64,000 bases of DNA from Podarcis pityusensis. Lineage: Eukaryota. Made by a program: the position numbers and the translations under genes. Of the stretch, positions 49,956 through 63,700 are shown in pieces (the first letter of the stretch is position 1; each line of letters opens with the position of its first letter). Below the pieces are notes generated by a model. It made no database searches, was not told the origin of the DNA, and saw only the letters and a list, made by a program, of their open reading frames with translations. The stretch lies in the NCBI GenBank assembly GCA_964106645.2, contig OZ067043.1; one strand, 5' to 3'.

Positions 49956-50565
49956 GTAAGATGCTCAGTTTTTTCACCCAGTATGTTCCCTTTGGCTTAG
50001 AGTTAATTTAATGAGGTGTCAAAATTATAGAACTAGGAATGAAAAGGAAACAATTTTATTGCATCCAGTTTTATTGTTTTTTTTACCTTCTCTTTTCCAT
50101 TCTGAAGGTCTTCTAAAATATTATATGCAGTGCCCATTAACACAGCAAATAGCTTGAAAAGTCACTTTGCAAATCTTAAATAGATGGAATATTTAAGGAT
50201 TAGAAGATATTTTCACTCTAAAATATGAAAGGCAGAAGACAAAACCTTGCCTCTCTCTGCAAAATTTGTTTTGCAGATGAATGAATTTACTTATACTGTT
50301 CATGCTTGTCTGTAGACATCAGTATACATGAAAGCAAACTGTGCTGTTGCATCAGGTGTTCCTCAGCCTGGTGCCCTCCAGACAGGGCCGGTCCACCTGT
50401 GAGGCAAGGTGTAAGACCATTTTATGAGAACTTAGCAGACTGACTGGACAAACCTTAAAACAGAAAATATTAGTATGGTTAATACAGCATGATCCCCTTC
50501 TCCCTCTAGTTTATTTTTTATTTGTTTAATTAATAATCTTCCAAACTGCTTTCACCCCCCAACAG

Positions 50566-50612
50566 AAACAAATGCAAGTGTTATGCAGTCAAAAAGAAGA
50601 AAATCCAAATGA
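50566..50612 (+). CDS. NCOA6: NCOA6 terminal coding exon (TGA 50610-50612)
   Basis: aacag|AA ACA...; ETNASVMQSKRRKSK* matches the NCOA6 C-terminus; summed CDS 6111 nt is divisible by 3. Confidence 0.94.
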
Positions 50613-51176
50613 AGTACTGAGTGGATATTCAAGGCTTGTAAATGTGTGAATTTTTTTACCGATAGCAGTTCTGAGCTGTGATTTCTCACTATATATAAAA
50701 ACAAACAAAAAAACAAAAACTAAACAAAAACTCTAAAATTCTGTACAGTAATTAATTTTACTATGATCCTGTTCCCAGTAAATGCAAAGTTTCTTTTTTC
50801 TGAAGACTAAATGATGAGTTGGGGGGAATCAGGTTATTTGTTAAATTCTCTGGTTTTATAAAGTCTATACATAGCACACTAGATTTAGCGTGTTGTAAAG
50901 AATCTGAGGAGATAATTGTAAATTTTTATCTACGTTTTCACTTTTCATAGGAGAAACTAGAGTACAGGGTTGTCATGGTTTTTTTAGATATAAAAATGAT
51001 GTATTGTGCTGTTGGTCAAGTACTGTATGTGAATAGCAGTTAAAAGGGTTATATATGGCCCAATCTTGGAAATGTAAATAGTTTTATTATATAGTAGGCT
51101 TGATGTATTTGTTGTAGAAAAGGACCAGTGGAAAAAAATGAGAGAGTTTGTGAAATGTGGATTACCTAGTGCTCTA

Positions 51177-51182
51177 AATAAA
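51177..51182 (+). terminator. NCOA6: Probable NCOA6 polyadenylation signal
   Basis: AATAAA ~565 nt after the stop, followed by GU/U-rich tttgtattgtatgttattt. Confidence 0.65.
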
Positions 51183-53572
51183 TGTCATCGATCTATAATT
51201 TGTATTGTATGTTATTTAACACCAGCATCCTTTTACATTGGGTGTGGGTTACTGGGGAGTTCAGGGACAACATCAGTAAGAGAAGTGCTTTCTAGTTCTG
51301 CAACCTCAATAACTTGTTAAGCCATGTTTTTTAAAAATATAAAGCAGCCGAACTCCTTGGTATCATAGGGCAGATCTATTCAAATCTCTCGTCCTTCACT
51401 GTCTTTGTTACTCCTTCCTTTACTTGGTTCACTTCCAATCAGGCTTGTGATGTGTGGAACCAAGGATATAGGTCTAGAGCAATGTTTCCCAAACTTGGGT
51501 CTCCAGTTGTTTTTGGACTACCCATCATCCCTAGCTAGCAAGACCAGTGGTCTTCAGAGTAATACTGTACACATGACCATTTTCTGTTGGTTGTTGAGTG
51601 TTGGAACCCTAGCTCAGCTATATCCTGTGTTTTGAGAGTGGAGGCTGCTTCTCAGGAATGCTTTCTTTCTGGGAACATTTAAAGCAGTGGTAACCAATGT
51701 GGAACTCTCCACATGTTGTTGGACTATAACACCCATCATTCTCAGCCAGCATTGCCAGTAGTCAGAAATGATGGGAGTTGTAGTGCAACAAAGTCTAGAG
51801 GGCATCGCATTAGCTCACCATGCCTTAAAAGTACACTTTAGGACTATGTGCCTCTGCTCCTCTCACTGATCTTCCTGTCCTCATGCATGTAACAAAATTA
51901 AACTCTCGCAGTAGATGTGTTATGCTTTACTCCTTTACTCTATACAAATAATATCTTCTGCAAGAGTTGGAAACAGAATTGTAGATTATCACGGTCACAT
52001 TAATTTTGCCTGTCTCTTGTCCCAGTTGGGTCAAACCCCATTTTGCTGGGTTTTGTAGTGCTTCAAGCAATTCCTAGGGGAAACTGAAATAAATTCCCTG
52101 AAGTAGAACTAGCATTTTTGAAATGTATATGTGTACTACTCAGGTGTGTGGTTGTTGTGAACATCTACTGAGCAATAGATCATTGCAAGTTAAAAAGTCT
52201 CTCTTCCCCACCCAAAGCATTCTTAAAACCGTGAATAGAAGTGTCTTGAAAAAGGAAAAAGGAAAATCTTAGCATATATCTGCTAATATTTTCATGCTTG
52301 GCACATGGTAAAGTACTCTTTGTTCCATGGCAAGGCAGCTCACAACACATGGGAAAAGATAGCAAAGCAGCAGAGGCCCATATGTAAATGGAAGGAGCAT
52401 GGAGGCAATGTGGAAGTAGAATGGTGGGCAAGGACTTGGCCATGTAAATGTGCAGACAAAGCTTTAGCTCAGGTTCCATTATTTTTAGATCCGTAGCCCA
52501 CCCATTCAGAAAGGTTCGTTTCATTTTGATCTCTATTTGGTTGGCATGTGAAATCCTGCGCAAATTAACCAGTATGTATCTATTTTCTCTTCCTGGGTCT
52601 CAATTGCCAAATGGCCCAATTGCCAACAAACAAGAGAAATGTCAGCTGGTTTATTCCAGCTGTAGCCACTAGGACTAAATTGGCTTGTATCTAAGTGTTT
52701 CCTCAAGTTTATCCCATTTATAAAACCACATAATGTCTCATTCATGCAGGGTTTCAGATATCTTGAGAGTTTGCTATAAGCACTGATAGAATGGAGGCTT
52801 TATTAAACAAATTTTCTTAAGTGGGGCATTTGACTAATTAGAAGCCTTATATCACTGTGTCATGTATTTTAAGAAATCCAGTAAACACATCAGTTATGGT
52901 TTAAATATATTTTTTATTTCTTGTCCCACCCCTACTCCCAAAAAAGAGGACACCATTACAGTCTAACAATCAAAACCATATTACATACACACAGGCACAC
53001 CACAGAACACTTTGAGGCAGTTGTGTCCTTTGTTCTGTCAACTCCTTGCAAATGCCTAAACAGTACCCTACAAGCAATGGGCTTCCTCCTTCCATTAGCC
53101 AACCGTATTCTTCTTCAGCAGGTAACAAACACATAAGGACACATTTTGTTTAAACAAGGTATTTGTTCTATGGTATAAGTGATGCGGAAAAGGTTGGTGG
53201 GCAGACTTTCATCTAGTCAAACCCTCTATTGTAAGGCATACAATAAGGATCCTTGCTTAAAAACCATGCCCCTGCTTCCCTGTCAGCAGAACAGAACAGA
53301 GAGAATGACCAGAAATGAATTTGCCTCTCTAGCATGTGCATTCGAAATGCAAAGGTTCCCCCTCCCACCTTTGGAAGTGGCATTATAACAGCAGAGAAGG
53401 GGGTAAGTGTGTTTGTGTGTCTAAAATAAAATAAATGCTTTAATACATTTTAATACATTTTTAATGGGTTTTTAAGACTAAAACCAAAACAGCACTTTTT
53501 GGTTCGAAAAGCCTTCGGAAAAGAAACAAAAGGTAGCTACCCGAATACGGTTTTGACAAAATGCTGGTGGTA

Positions 53573-53740
53573 GGGAAAGGGCTGTAGCTCAGTGGTACAG
53601 CCTCTGCAGTGCACATAGAAGGCCCTCTGTTAATCCTCAGCAGCTCCAGTTAGGGCTGGGAGAGACCCCCACCTGAAATCCTGAAGAGCCCTCAGTGTAA
53701 ACTATACTGAGCAAGGTGGACCCAACGGCCTGACTTGGTG
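53573..53740 (+). mobile_element. tRNA-derived squamate SINE
   Basis: gggaaagggctgtagctcagtggta head, body similar to the 2500-2680 copy. Confidence 0.65.
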
Positions 53741-54116
53741 GAAGAATGTGAGAATTTGAGAATGTAGCAAAGGTTTTCCATGGGAAAGGTGGCTGGATCC
53801 ATATTCTCTATGGTTCTGTGCTGCAGAAATATCCCTAGCTCCATTGACAGGTTGCGGAAATCAGTGGTGGCTGCTTTCTACATTTTGTTTCGTTTTAAGC
53901 GGTCAGATGACTCGTTTTTGTAACCAAAATCACAACGTTCTTCTGTGACTGATGCAGGAATCTGCAGAGAGATTCCTGGTTTCACAGTGTGCTTTTGTCT
54001 GGAAGCATGATTAAAACATGGGTACAAATGGAGGAGGCCTAACCTTTCAGCATCTGGGTTTATGTATGTTCCATGGTCCTGTAGAAGTGGAATTCCAGCA
54101 GGTATAGTTTATTGTC

Positions 54117-54545
54117 CAGTAGTGATGTATGGAAGTGAGAGCTGAACCATCAAGAAGGCTGATCACCAAAGAATTTATGCTTTTGAATTATGGCGCTGGA
54201 GGAGACTCTTGAGAGTCCCATGGACTGCAAGAAGATCAAACCTATCCATTCTTAAGGAAATCAGCCCTGAGTGCTCACTGGAAGGACAGATCGTGAAGCT
54301 GAGGCTCCAATACTTTGGCCACCTCATGAGAAGAGAAGACTCCCTGGAAAAGACCCTGATGTTGGGAAAGATGGAGGGCACAAGGAGAAGGGGACGACAG
54401 AGGACGAGATGGTTGGATAGTTTTTCTTGAAGCTACAAACATGAGCCTGACCACACTGCGGGAGGCAGTAGAAGACAGGAGTGCCTGGCGTGCTCTGGTC
54501 CATGGGGTCACGAAGAGTCGGACACGACTAAACAACTAAACAACA
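54117..54545 (+). mobile_element. 5'-truncated BovB (RTE-clade) LINE with 13-bp TSD
   Basis: Encodes RVPWTARRSNLSILKEISPECSLEGQIVKLRLQYFGHLMRREDSLEKTLMLGK; 3' end gtccatggggtcacgaagagtcggacacgact + CAA-rich tail; ATAGTTTATTGTC at 54104-54116 and 54546-54558. Confidence 0.93.
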
Positions 54546-54660
54546 ATAGTTTATTGTCATGTCACAGTGCTGAAGGGGTCTAAAAACCTGCACTTGTTGA
54601 AATTTCCCCACCTATGTACTTGCTAAAGGTATAGATGACCTTGTGTTGAAAGGTTGGCCA

Positions 54661-54715
54661 TGTATTGTATTGTATTGTATTGTATTGTAGTGTAGTGTTG
54701 TGTTGTGTTGTGTTG
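54661..54715. repeat. Compound pentamer microsatellite (TGTAT)5(TGTAG)2(TGTTG)4
   Basis: Direct inspection. Confidence 0.92.
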
Positions 54716-56267
54716 CATTTCATGTTTATGACTCTCATCCTGAAAATTACTTCTACTGAGAACAAAGGAACAAAACTGCAACTTGCCAAAAGGCCCTTAG
54801 CTTGGTAAAATACAATATTTATCAAATCAAGCCCTTTGTATCCTTTAAAAAAAGCCTGCAATTTTAAAACCAACTTACATATATTTGTAGCATTTAATCT
54901 GCAGCCATCTTTGTGTAGTAGGACATTAACTATGGTGGCCTGAATCAATTTGTGTCATTTCTTTGATGTATATGTTCCTTAGAGAATAGTGAAGCCAAAT
55001 CATGTGAAAGTGGGTGAGGGGCGTATGAAAGACAGATGCACAAATCTTTAATAAATACAGTGTGAAGATGTATAATCCAGAAGTGAAGCAATATGAGTAA
55101 AAGCAGGGCTGATTATAAGGAAATATTGTACCACTCAAATGCTACTTGACAGGTCAAATTAGGCTATAATAGGAAAAGACTAGGAATGTGGTTGTTAAGA
55201 GAATAAACTATATTTTCATCATAAGGAAGAACAACTGAGGAAGGAGTTAAAATGCAGTTGGGAGACCTGGAGCCACAATCCAAATGTGGAAAGTAGTGCC
55301 TCTCATCTCTGCCTTAACATTTCCCTAGTAAATTCAGGAAAAGGGCCTAGACTAGAATACCCTTTTGAGTCCTCTGGGTACCTTCTCCACCTTTCTTTGG
55401 CCTTGCCTCCAGGTTAGGCATCCTCCCTACCCCTGTTAACATTAATGAATCTGAAACATCCATTCCAACTGGCATCAGAAATGCAGTATATCACTAAGGA
55501 AGTTTGTTTCCTTGCACTTCAAGATGGAAGTGTGCATCCCCAACACTGTCAAAGACATATGCAGTGTCAGATGTGCGTACTGTTAGTTCCAGATCAGAGA
55601 CGAAGTATGAAAATGTGCTTTGATGTGGACGTCCATACAGCGAGGATAGGAAACTTGTGGCTCTGCAACTGTTGGGTTCCCAACTCCCACCAGCCTCAGA
55701 GAACATGGCCATTGAATAGAAATAATGAGAGTTGGAGTCCAACAGCATCTCGGAGGCCATAGGTCTCCTGTCCTCACCATACAGGACACAAAGCTAACGA
55801 GGGAGCTGGGTTAGGGCTGTTGTTTTTAATGGCAATGGTGGTTCTGAATCTCTGAATGCTTTATCCAAAGGCATGTTACATGCAGCTACATGTTTACACA
55901 TGGTACAGCAATTGTGATGATAATCGCATATCACAAAAGGTGCTGTAATGTCAACACTATGGACACTCTGGGCACATTCCTCTAGCATAACCGTTTCAAT
56001 CAGGTGTGTAAGATTTCCCTGCAAAATTAGTAGCTGGAGATTTGCCATGTGCAATCCACCTTAGACTGTTACATGGATAAGGAACCAGATATTGTTGAAC
56101 TCCCATCATCCTGCAATCAGCATGACCAGTGACTAGGGATGATGGGTGTTGTTGTCCAACGCGCTACGTTTCCCATCTCTAGTCTATTATTTATATTAAG
56201 ATTTATTTCTTAGTTTCAGTGAGATGTCACTTTAAATAGTAAAAGGGGCGATATGGGAAATTAGGTG

Positions 56268-56269
<2 letters not shown>

Positions 56270-56312
<43 letters not shown>
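56270..56312. repeat. (TA)n microsatellite
   Basis: Direct inspection. Confidence 0.95.
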
Positions 56313-56313
<1 letters not shown>

Positions 56314-57759
56314 TGACCATGACCAATTTTGAGGATAACTTCAGTTCAAAATGGAGGCCTAGATAATGTAAAGTGAGAACTAAAATAAAATAAATCACCT
56401 TCTCTTAAAAACAAAGGAAAGAAGAGGACTGAAAAACAAGATGGAAGCATGCATCATGTCACTAGCAAAAACCAGCCAGTTATTCCAGCAAATGGGAAAG
56501 GTCTGTGTGTGTGTTTTATTGCTCTGGCTTTATTTTGTATTCTATCAATTTGCTCTTGAGCTATGCATGAGCTGAAATGAGCACAATCCACTTCTCTTGG
56601 ATCTGTCCTGAAGTGAATGGGTATTACACTTTAAGTAATCCAAAGAATGGTATCCCTAGCCGCCTGCTCTAGCTTTTTTGTGTCCTACAAATCAGTGCTG
56701 AGATCAGCAACTGGATATTGGCTGGTTGCCCACAGTACGTAAGATTCACCCTTCTGTAAGAATTTAGGAACTGCCAGAAAATAAAGAGTTAAAAGGGACA
56801 TTTCCGTTTGGTGCATCTGGCTGCAAATTAACATGATTTTGTTTCTAAGGCGGGGCGGGGGGATGAAACAAATGACCATACAGAGCAGTTGTCATGGTTT
56901 ATGTGACATTATGGTCAAATAAAGATTGTTCTTTTCAGAAGGCTTCTTAGGAGCTCTGTGACAAGGTTACCAAACTTTCTCTGCAATGTATAACTACAGG
57001 TGGGGATTATTGGATATAGTCTAGAATTTACTCTTAGTTTGCATAGGTTGACTGGCCCAACAGGCTTCTCTGGCATCCATTGTGGGCCCTAGAATGTGTT
57101 CCAGAATCTTCTGCAACACTCACGTGTTCTGCATCAAACAAATCAATACAGAAAAGGTTTTCTGAGGTAGGAACTTTGAACTCCGTTGGATTATTAAAAG
57201 GCATCACCAATTGTATATTTTGAAATAAAGATGTATGGATATAACAAAACCACATATTTAAATTTAGTTATCCTACTGTGTATCCTCATAGTAAAGATGG
57301 CCGCTTACTGTGTCAATAGAACTGAGGTTTCCATTATATGTAGTTTGGCCTATCAAACTAAACTTTTCTTCCTATTATTTAAATTGGGGCTTACTCACGT
57401 CTCTGAAATCGTACAGCAAAGACATCAATGAAACACTGTGGAGATCTTTTTTCCCCCCTTTAATGTTTGAGATGGCTTTGACCATCCATTCCAAACAGAA
57501 ACAAGTTAAATGAGACTTATTTTCTAGTTAGTGTGTTTAGGCATCTGACTTCAGTTTCTTCTTTACTGCCTAGTCAGGAAGGGTCTACAGCTGCTAGCAG
57601 TACACAAAAACAAAACTCGTTTAAATGTGACTGGGAAAATAAATCTCTGTCATGATGTATGATTGCCATCGAGCGCTTTAGCCTTCCTTGCTTTTCTTTT
57701 TGCTTTCAAGTGCAGCTGACTAATTACATTATCACTAAACAAATCACATGAATGTCGAG

Positions 57760-60700
57760 GTGTCCCTTCCCTATGCCATTTATTGCAAATATCCCAGAGT
57801 ATTCTCTGCCAGTGAAATTCTACCTCATTCCCATTGACTTCCAGTGGTGGGCAAGAGCTCCCCCATGGTTTGTAGCTCAGTGATAGGCTTGGCTATGGTT
57901 TTCTCCAGAGCACAGGCCTTGGGTCACTTTGCCTCCTCAGTGCCCCTCAAAACACTTGGGGACTTTGACAAAAAATATTGCTTAAATATATTTATATTAT
58001 ATAATTGTACGTATGTAACAGTATTTACAAGAGAACAGGTCTAAAAGAGGAAGTGAGTCACAAATGGCCACTCTCACTTTTCCAACTTGTCATCCACACG
58101 GTGCCGTGCGGGAGTACCGCAATATGGCCGTGCCATTGTTAAAAACGGTCACATCCCAAAGATTGGCTTTAATTCTGTTATATAGCCAAGCCAGTGGCAA
58201 TCAAGTCCTTTTTTCCTTGACCAAAAGGCAGCAGCTAGTTGCAGAGTATGTTTCACAAATTATGCTAAGGTATATCTATCTTTCTTTTTTAAGAAAAACA
58301 AAACAGCAGTTCTATCAAGTTCGAAAATTTCTTTAGGACATGCAAATTTGAATCAACAGACTCATACATACAACGACAAAATACCCATCCAAATCAAACA
58401 GTTCTAAAACATGTGTTTTTAAGGTAACAACATTGTTTGTTTTGTCCCTGAGTCCATGCTGTAAATTTTCCTTATACAAATAAAAAAGAAGTTAGAACTC
58501 AACTGATCCCAGGGGTAGCCAAGCCAACACAGTGCTTTCCAGATGTTTTGGCCCACAACTCCCATGAACTGGAGTCAGTATGGCCAATGGACAGGAATCA
58601 TGGGAGTTGCAATCCTGCAACATCTGGAGAGCACTACATTGGCTGCCCCTGGCCTATCCCATAAACAATGCCATTGCAACACTCTCCCAGCCATTCATTC
58701 AGGAGCATTACAGCTAGTCACAACTTTTAAATGGTTGAAGTTTTAAAAAAATCCTTGCATCCTCTCATTGTTGTAACATATTTACAAATGTGAATGCACA
58801 CCCACATACACAAACACACACAGAAGTTATTATTTTAAGCACCTTTCCTTCGGCTTAACACAGGAGAGCACTATGTAGTTGGTATTTTTGAACACCGTTC
58901 TTGGGACTGATCACTGAATTGCCAGGATGAGAATGTTAAGATGGCTTTCCTGAACTGCTAGTGACAGCAAAAACAATGCAGACATTATACAGGTGTTTTA
59001 AATTACAGTGTTTATAGGATGTAGACAAAGAGCAGGTTAACATTTTATCATTAGACTTTGGAATTCACTCTGCAGTAAGGAGGTTTTTGTGTTTACCATA
59101 AGAACTCTAGATCCTGTTTTATTCTCAGAACATGGCTATGAGGCTCCCGTTTCACAGATGGGAACTAGATCCCGGTGATCTGAGAGGGGAAAAATAGCTT
59201 GAATTTCTGTTTTCTGAATTCAGCTATCGTGCACTCAACCATTGCACCTTTTCTCCTTCCCAAAATTTGTACTGTTCTACGAGCTTAAGAAATTGGTTAC
59301 ATTTCTGCACCTTTGAGAGATTACCCCCTTAGCTTTGAAGTGATGTTGGATCTTGGCCAGCATGCAAAGGAGAAAACGTGGTTGAATGGTTTTTGTTATG
59401 AAACTGATCAAATTTTGAAAGGGGGACAGGTGATGTCATCCGGTTCTTTATTCACCCTTCAGCAAAGCTATTTATTTTTCTAGGTAGCATTGTTGCCTCA
59501 TAATGCCTTTCCCCCCCCCTTCTCCTGCATCGTAAGAACTGTCTTGCTGGATCAAACCAAGAGTCCCTCTAATCCACCAATCTGTCTCTGATGTTAGCCA
59601 GGAAAATCCCCCGGGGAAGCTCACTGGCAGGACATGATGCAATAGCCCCATTTGCCTTTAGCATCACAGGAACATGATGAAACTCTAGTGCTCCACTTGT
59701 CAGCATATTAAAAACATTAAAAACCTGTTCTAGCATTTTTAAAAACTAAGCCTGGGGCATGATGGTGCCACGAATCTGGTCAACATAAACTACACAGGGC
59801 ATATTTTGAGCTCAGGCTGAGCTCACAATAGTCCTCAGAGTGGAAGCAATAATATTATGGGATAAGTACTTGTTGTTAGGGCTGACACTGCCATTAGGCA
59901 GAGTGAGGCGGCTGCTTCAAGCAGCTGATTTGGAGTATCATTAAAGGGCAACAACTTGTGAGCTGTTAAAGTATTTATCATCATCATCATCATCATTATC
60001 ATCATTTTACACTCATTGTGAAAGGAATGCCCACTACCCTAGGAGCCTTTTCGAAGGCCAAGTGCTCAAGTATAATTGAAAAATGGTGGGAAGACCTGCA
60101 AAATTGTGCCAGTACAATACTTCTTTTTCCTGTGTACCGCTGTCTGCATTTCTTTGTGTGCACTGCTAAGGCACCAAACCAGCAGAAACAATCAAAGTGA
60201 GCAAGAGCTCACATAATAAAGTCACCCAGTTATACAGTATCACCAGGACGGTATCACACAACTTACTGTAGCATGTTTAAGGTTGTAGTCAAAGATACGA
60301 TGCTAATTTTAATGGGGCGTGACGTAGGAAGCCAGGCCCCGTTGCTCAGAGTGAAACACTGCCATAATTTTTGACCTCCATAGGAGAGCAACATCTCTAG
60401 AAGGAATCTAACACTGGGACTGCCCCCCCCTTCCCCGAGCACACCTGCAAGAATATCCCATTGAAGCCAATATAGTTTTTTCTAAGTGTGTTGGTTTTAG
60501 GCAGGGATGGGGAAACTGTGGCCCTCCAGATGTTGTAAAACTCAAACTTCCATCAACTCTAGCCAACATAGCCAGTGTTCAGGGATTATGAGAGTTGCAG
60601 TCCAACAACACTGGTTCCCCATCTCTGGGTTAAGGTGTCAGAACCTCTTGGACATGTTGCAGAGGTGGGGACAGAATGTGGCATTGGAGGCAAAGGTAAA

Positions 60701-63700
60701 TAAGTGACCTAATCCAGTTTTTACTTAGAAAAATGGACTTTCTAACGTTCCTTTGGAGACATGAAACAGTTTGAATTCTTAAGGACATGGGGAAAGAAGA
60801 AAGGAGAGGCTCCAAACTCATCTACTGTTTGAAATACAGGTGTTTTCAGAAGTCTCTCTTTCTTTGCAAAAGTTCAATTACCATGTAAATCATGATTCAC
60901 TGACAATGAAGCATAGATGGTGGGAATAAATTTCACCCACAGCTTGTAAGACTAAGTGGTAGTAAGAGGTGATGTCCACATTTTAAACGGATCGGGTCTT
61001 CCAGCCCTTTCAAAGCTTTGAGGTGTAATTTCCCCATCACAACCAGACATCGTGGTGTGTCACAGGGCTGTAGAGCTGCAGACTTAAAGGGACAGAGGCC
61101 CTATTCTGGTGAGATGCCCCCTCCCAAAACTGATTTCTGCAGCAATGAAAATAAAGAGTACCCAGTGAAACAAAACAGAAATCGCTAACATCACTCTCTT
61201 TCTCATAAATGACATTTAAAAAGCAGAGAGATTCAATATTTGTGATTTTTTTGGGTGGGGAGGGAGATGTAAAAAGTCTTATTTCCAAAATTTGAATATT
61301 AAGCTATATAGACTCATCAACATATGAAATCCACCCCAAAATTAACTCCTAATGTTCCAGATTAAATTATCACATTCAAGATGCAGCTTTCAATATCTTT
61401 GAATTGTCAGATTCAAAGCGGATCTGGGCATTTGTGTGATAATTCCCACATACAAAACTCATTGAATTTGCACTCCCTGCCCCCCACCCCCCAATGTGTT
61501 TCAGCTCTTCAAATAAACCACCTTGATTTGTTCAAGAGCTGCTATAGTGGTAAAAGGCATTTAATGTGACATGACAGAGGCAAAAAGATGTAAACACTTC
61601 ACAAGATTAGAGAAAGTGTTAATCTCCCTATTTTAATCAGACACAAATGAAACCAACATAATCTGTGGCCACCACCATACAGGTACATAGGACTCATGCT
61701 CAGGCCTGCCAGCTCTATCGCCTTCCTGGTAAGTTAAAGGAGAAGTGGAAGAATCAGTCATAAATTGAATTGCTCTGCTTTCAGTTCCAGGTCAAGTGCA
61801 TTTGCCCCAGAACTAAAATTAAATCAATTAGCTTTGACATTCTCTATCTGATAGGTCGGCCCCATGGCTTTCTGCGGAAGTGTTAGCACTTACACATAAA
61901 ACGAAATTTGGGCAACTGTCTAGTGTCATCTTCAGAAATGAAGAACAGGGATTTTGGCATGTCTTTCTCAACTGCTACTCCTGGAGATAACATGCAGCTG
62001 GTGACAAGGGATGCCAGCAACCAAGTTTTGAGGTTCTGCCCTTGTTAAGGTGCTTGCCAAGTCCTCTGTACCAATAACTGGCTGAAACTGATGCCTCTTC
62101 AGCAGCAGTTAAAAGGCACAAAGGCTGATCCTATACGGGGGTTTTGCCATCAATTGCATAAGGACAAGGTGATGAACACCAGCTATTCAAGAGTCATGAA
62201 GTCAGCAAATAGGCAAATACAGGTGGGAATGGCAGAAGAACAGGAAGAAGCCAACATTTTAGGGTGAGATCTGGTCTTTATTTACCTTCTTCGCCAGCAG
62301 GTCAAATGTATAGTAAATGTAAGTTTCCAACATCTGTTTGGATGAGTAGTTTAAATTTTGGAGAAACATTTAGGGTGACTTTTTTTTTTTGCTCATCTGA
62401 CAGCAGTAGAACAGGCAGACATTAAACAGGGGCAACTTTCCCAACATCGACATGACTGACAAAGCTGGATTTCTACTATGCTGTTCTGCCAAGGTATAGT
62501 GCCAGTATCGGGTAGGTGGAAGACAATTTTAGTCTGAATTGAGCTCAGATGGAAATCTTCCGTTCAGTTGTGTCATGTGAATATAAAGCTATTGACTTTA
62601 GAAACACAGCCCAGGACCCCTAGGACCACACAGCTAATTCCTTTAGCCAAGAGGCTTTAGGCTTATATTTCTTCAATAGCAGCCCCCTTCTCCAAATTTC
62701 ACTTTTGAAACACATGCAGAATGTGATATTATGCAGTATAAGGGGTGGGTGGTTCTAAAACCTAGGGTTGCTCAACAACTTTTCACTTTTTGAAATATGG
62801 CAACCCTATAAAACCACAGCACTGAAATGCTACCTTTTTCTCCTTTCAGCTGAGTTTCAGTACATAATTTACTTTCTTATTCTAAACACGTATCAAGCTT
62901 ATTTTTAAAAATGTATATATAGACAGTGCCAAATGATCATTATGAGGTTTTATATAGGAAATTCCTAAGCTCAGTACAGATTAAATATGACAGAAAATTG
63001 CAGATCTCAGCCAGACTGAGCAAGTGTTTAAGAATCAATGGTCATTGTGACCATAATCAGGATGTGAACACTGTGATTAACTTGATAGAAGGGGTGGGTG
63101 GGGAAATGAATAAGAATACAGTATAAATGTTTTTTAAAATTACAGGTTTGTTGCAGGCATTTCATATGGGATTGTTTTTAACAGGACGCTTGTCTAAAAT
63201 AATTAGAGTGAAACCCAGTTATTCCTGAAATGGTCTTGATTAGCGGAGACCTCCTCCATGCATCTGGCTACAGAATCAAAGCTATTTGTTCTCATAATCT
63301 AATGACTATATTTATTGGGTGCTCTAGATTCTAAAAGACTTTCTTCAAAGTGTGGGTACTGATGCTGTTCTCTAGAGGGTATTCATTCTACTCTCCAGGG
63401 TCCAGACCTCCATGTCTTTGGCTTACACCTGGTCAACAACTTCAGATCCCTTCTTCACTGACACGCAGCCTGAACCTGTGTATCCACTGAATTCAGTGGT
63501 GCTTACTCTCGAGAAAGTGTGCATAGGACACTTTATTTCACCTTCTGTCTTTAACCCACTTACTTCATCCCTCCAGCCTCATTCAACCTCTTATCTCACA
63601 TCCTTCATTACTTCCTCCAACATACTTTATTACCTCTAAAATTATGTGTAAGCCCCTTTCTTTGCTGAAGTCCTTGGCATTAGCATCAACACCAGAATAA

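Noticed and set aside
53573-53650. tRNA-like sequence (gggctgtagctcagtggta)
   Set aside because: B-box/T-arm degraded and continues into a SINE body; not a tRNA gene
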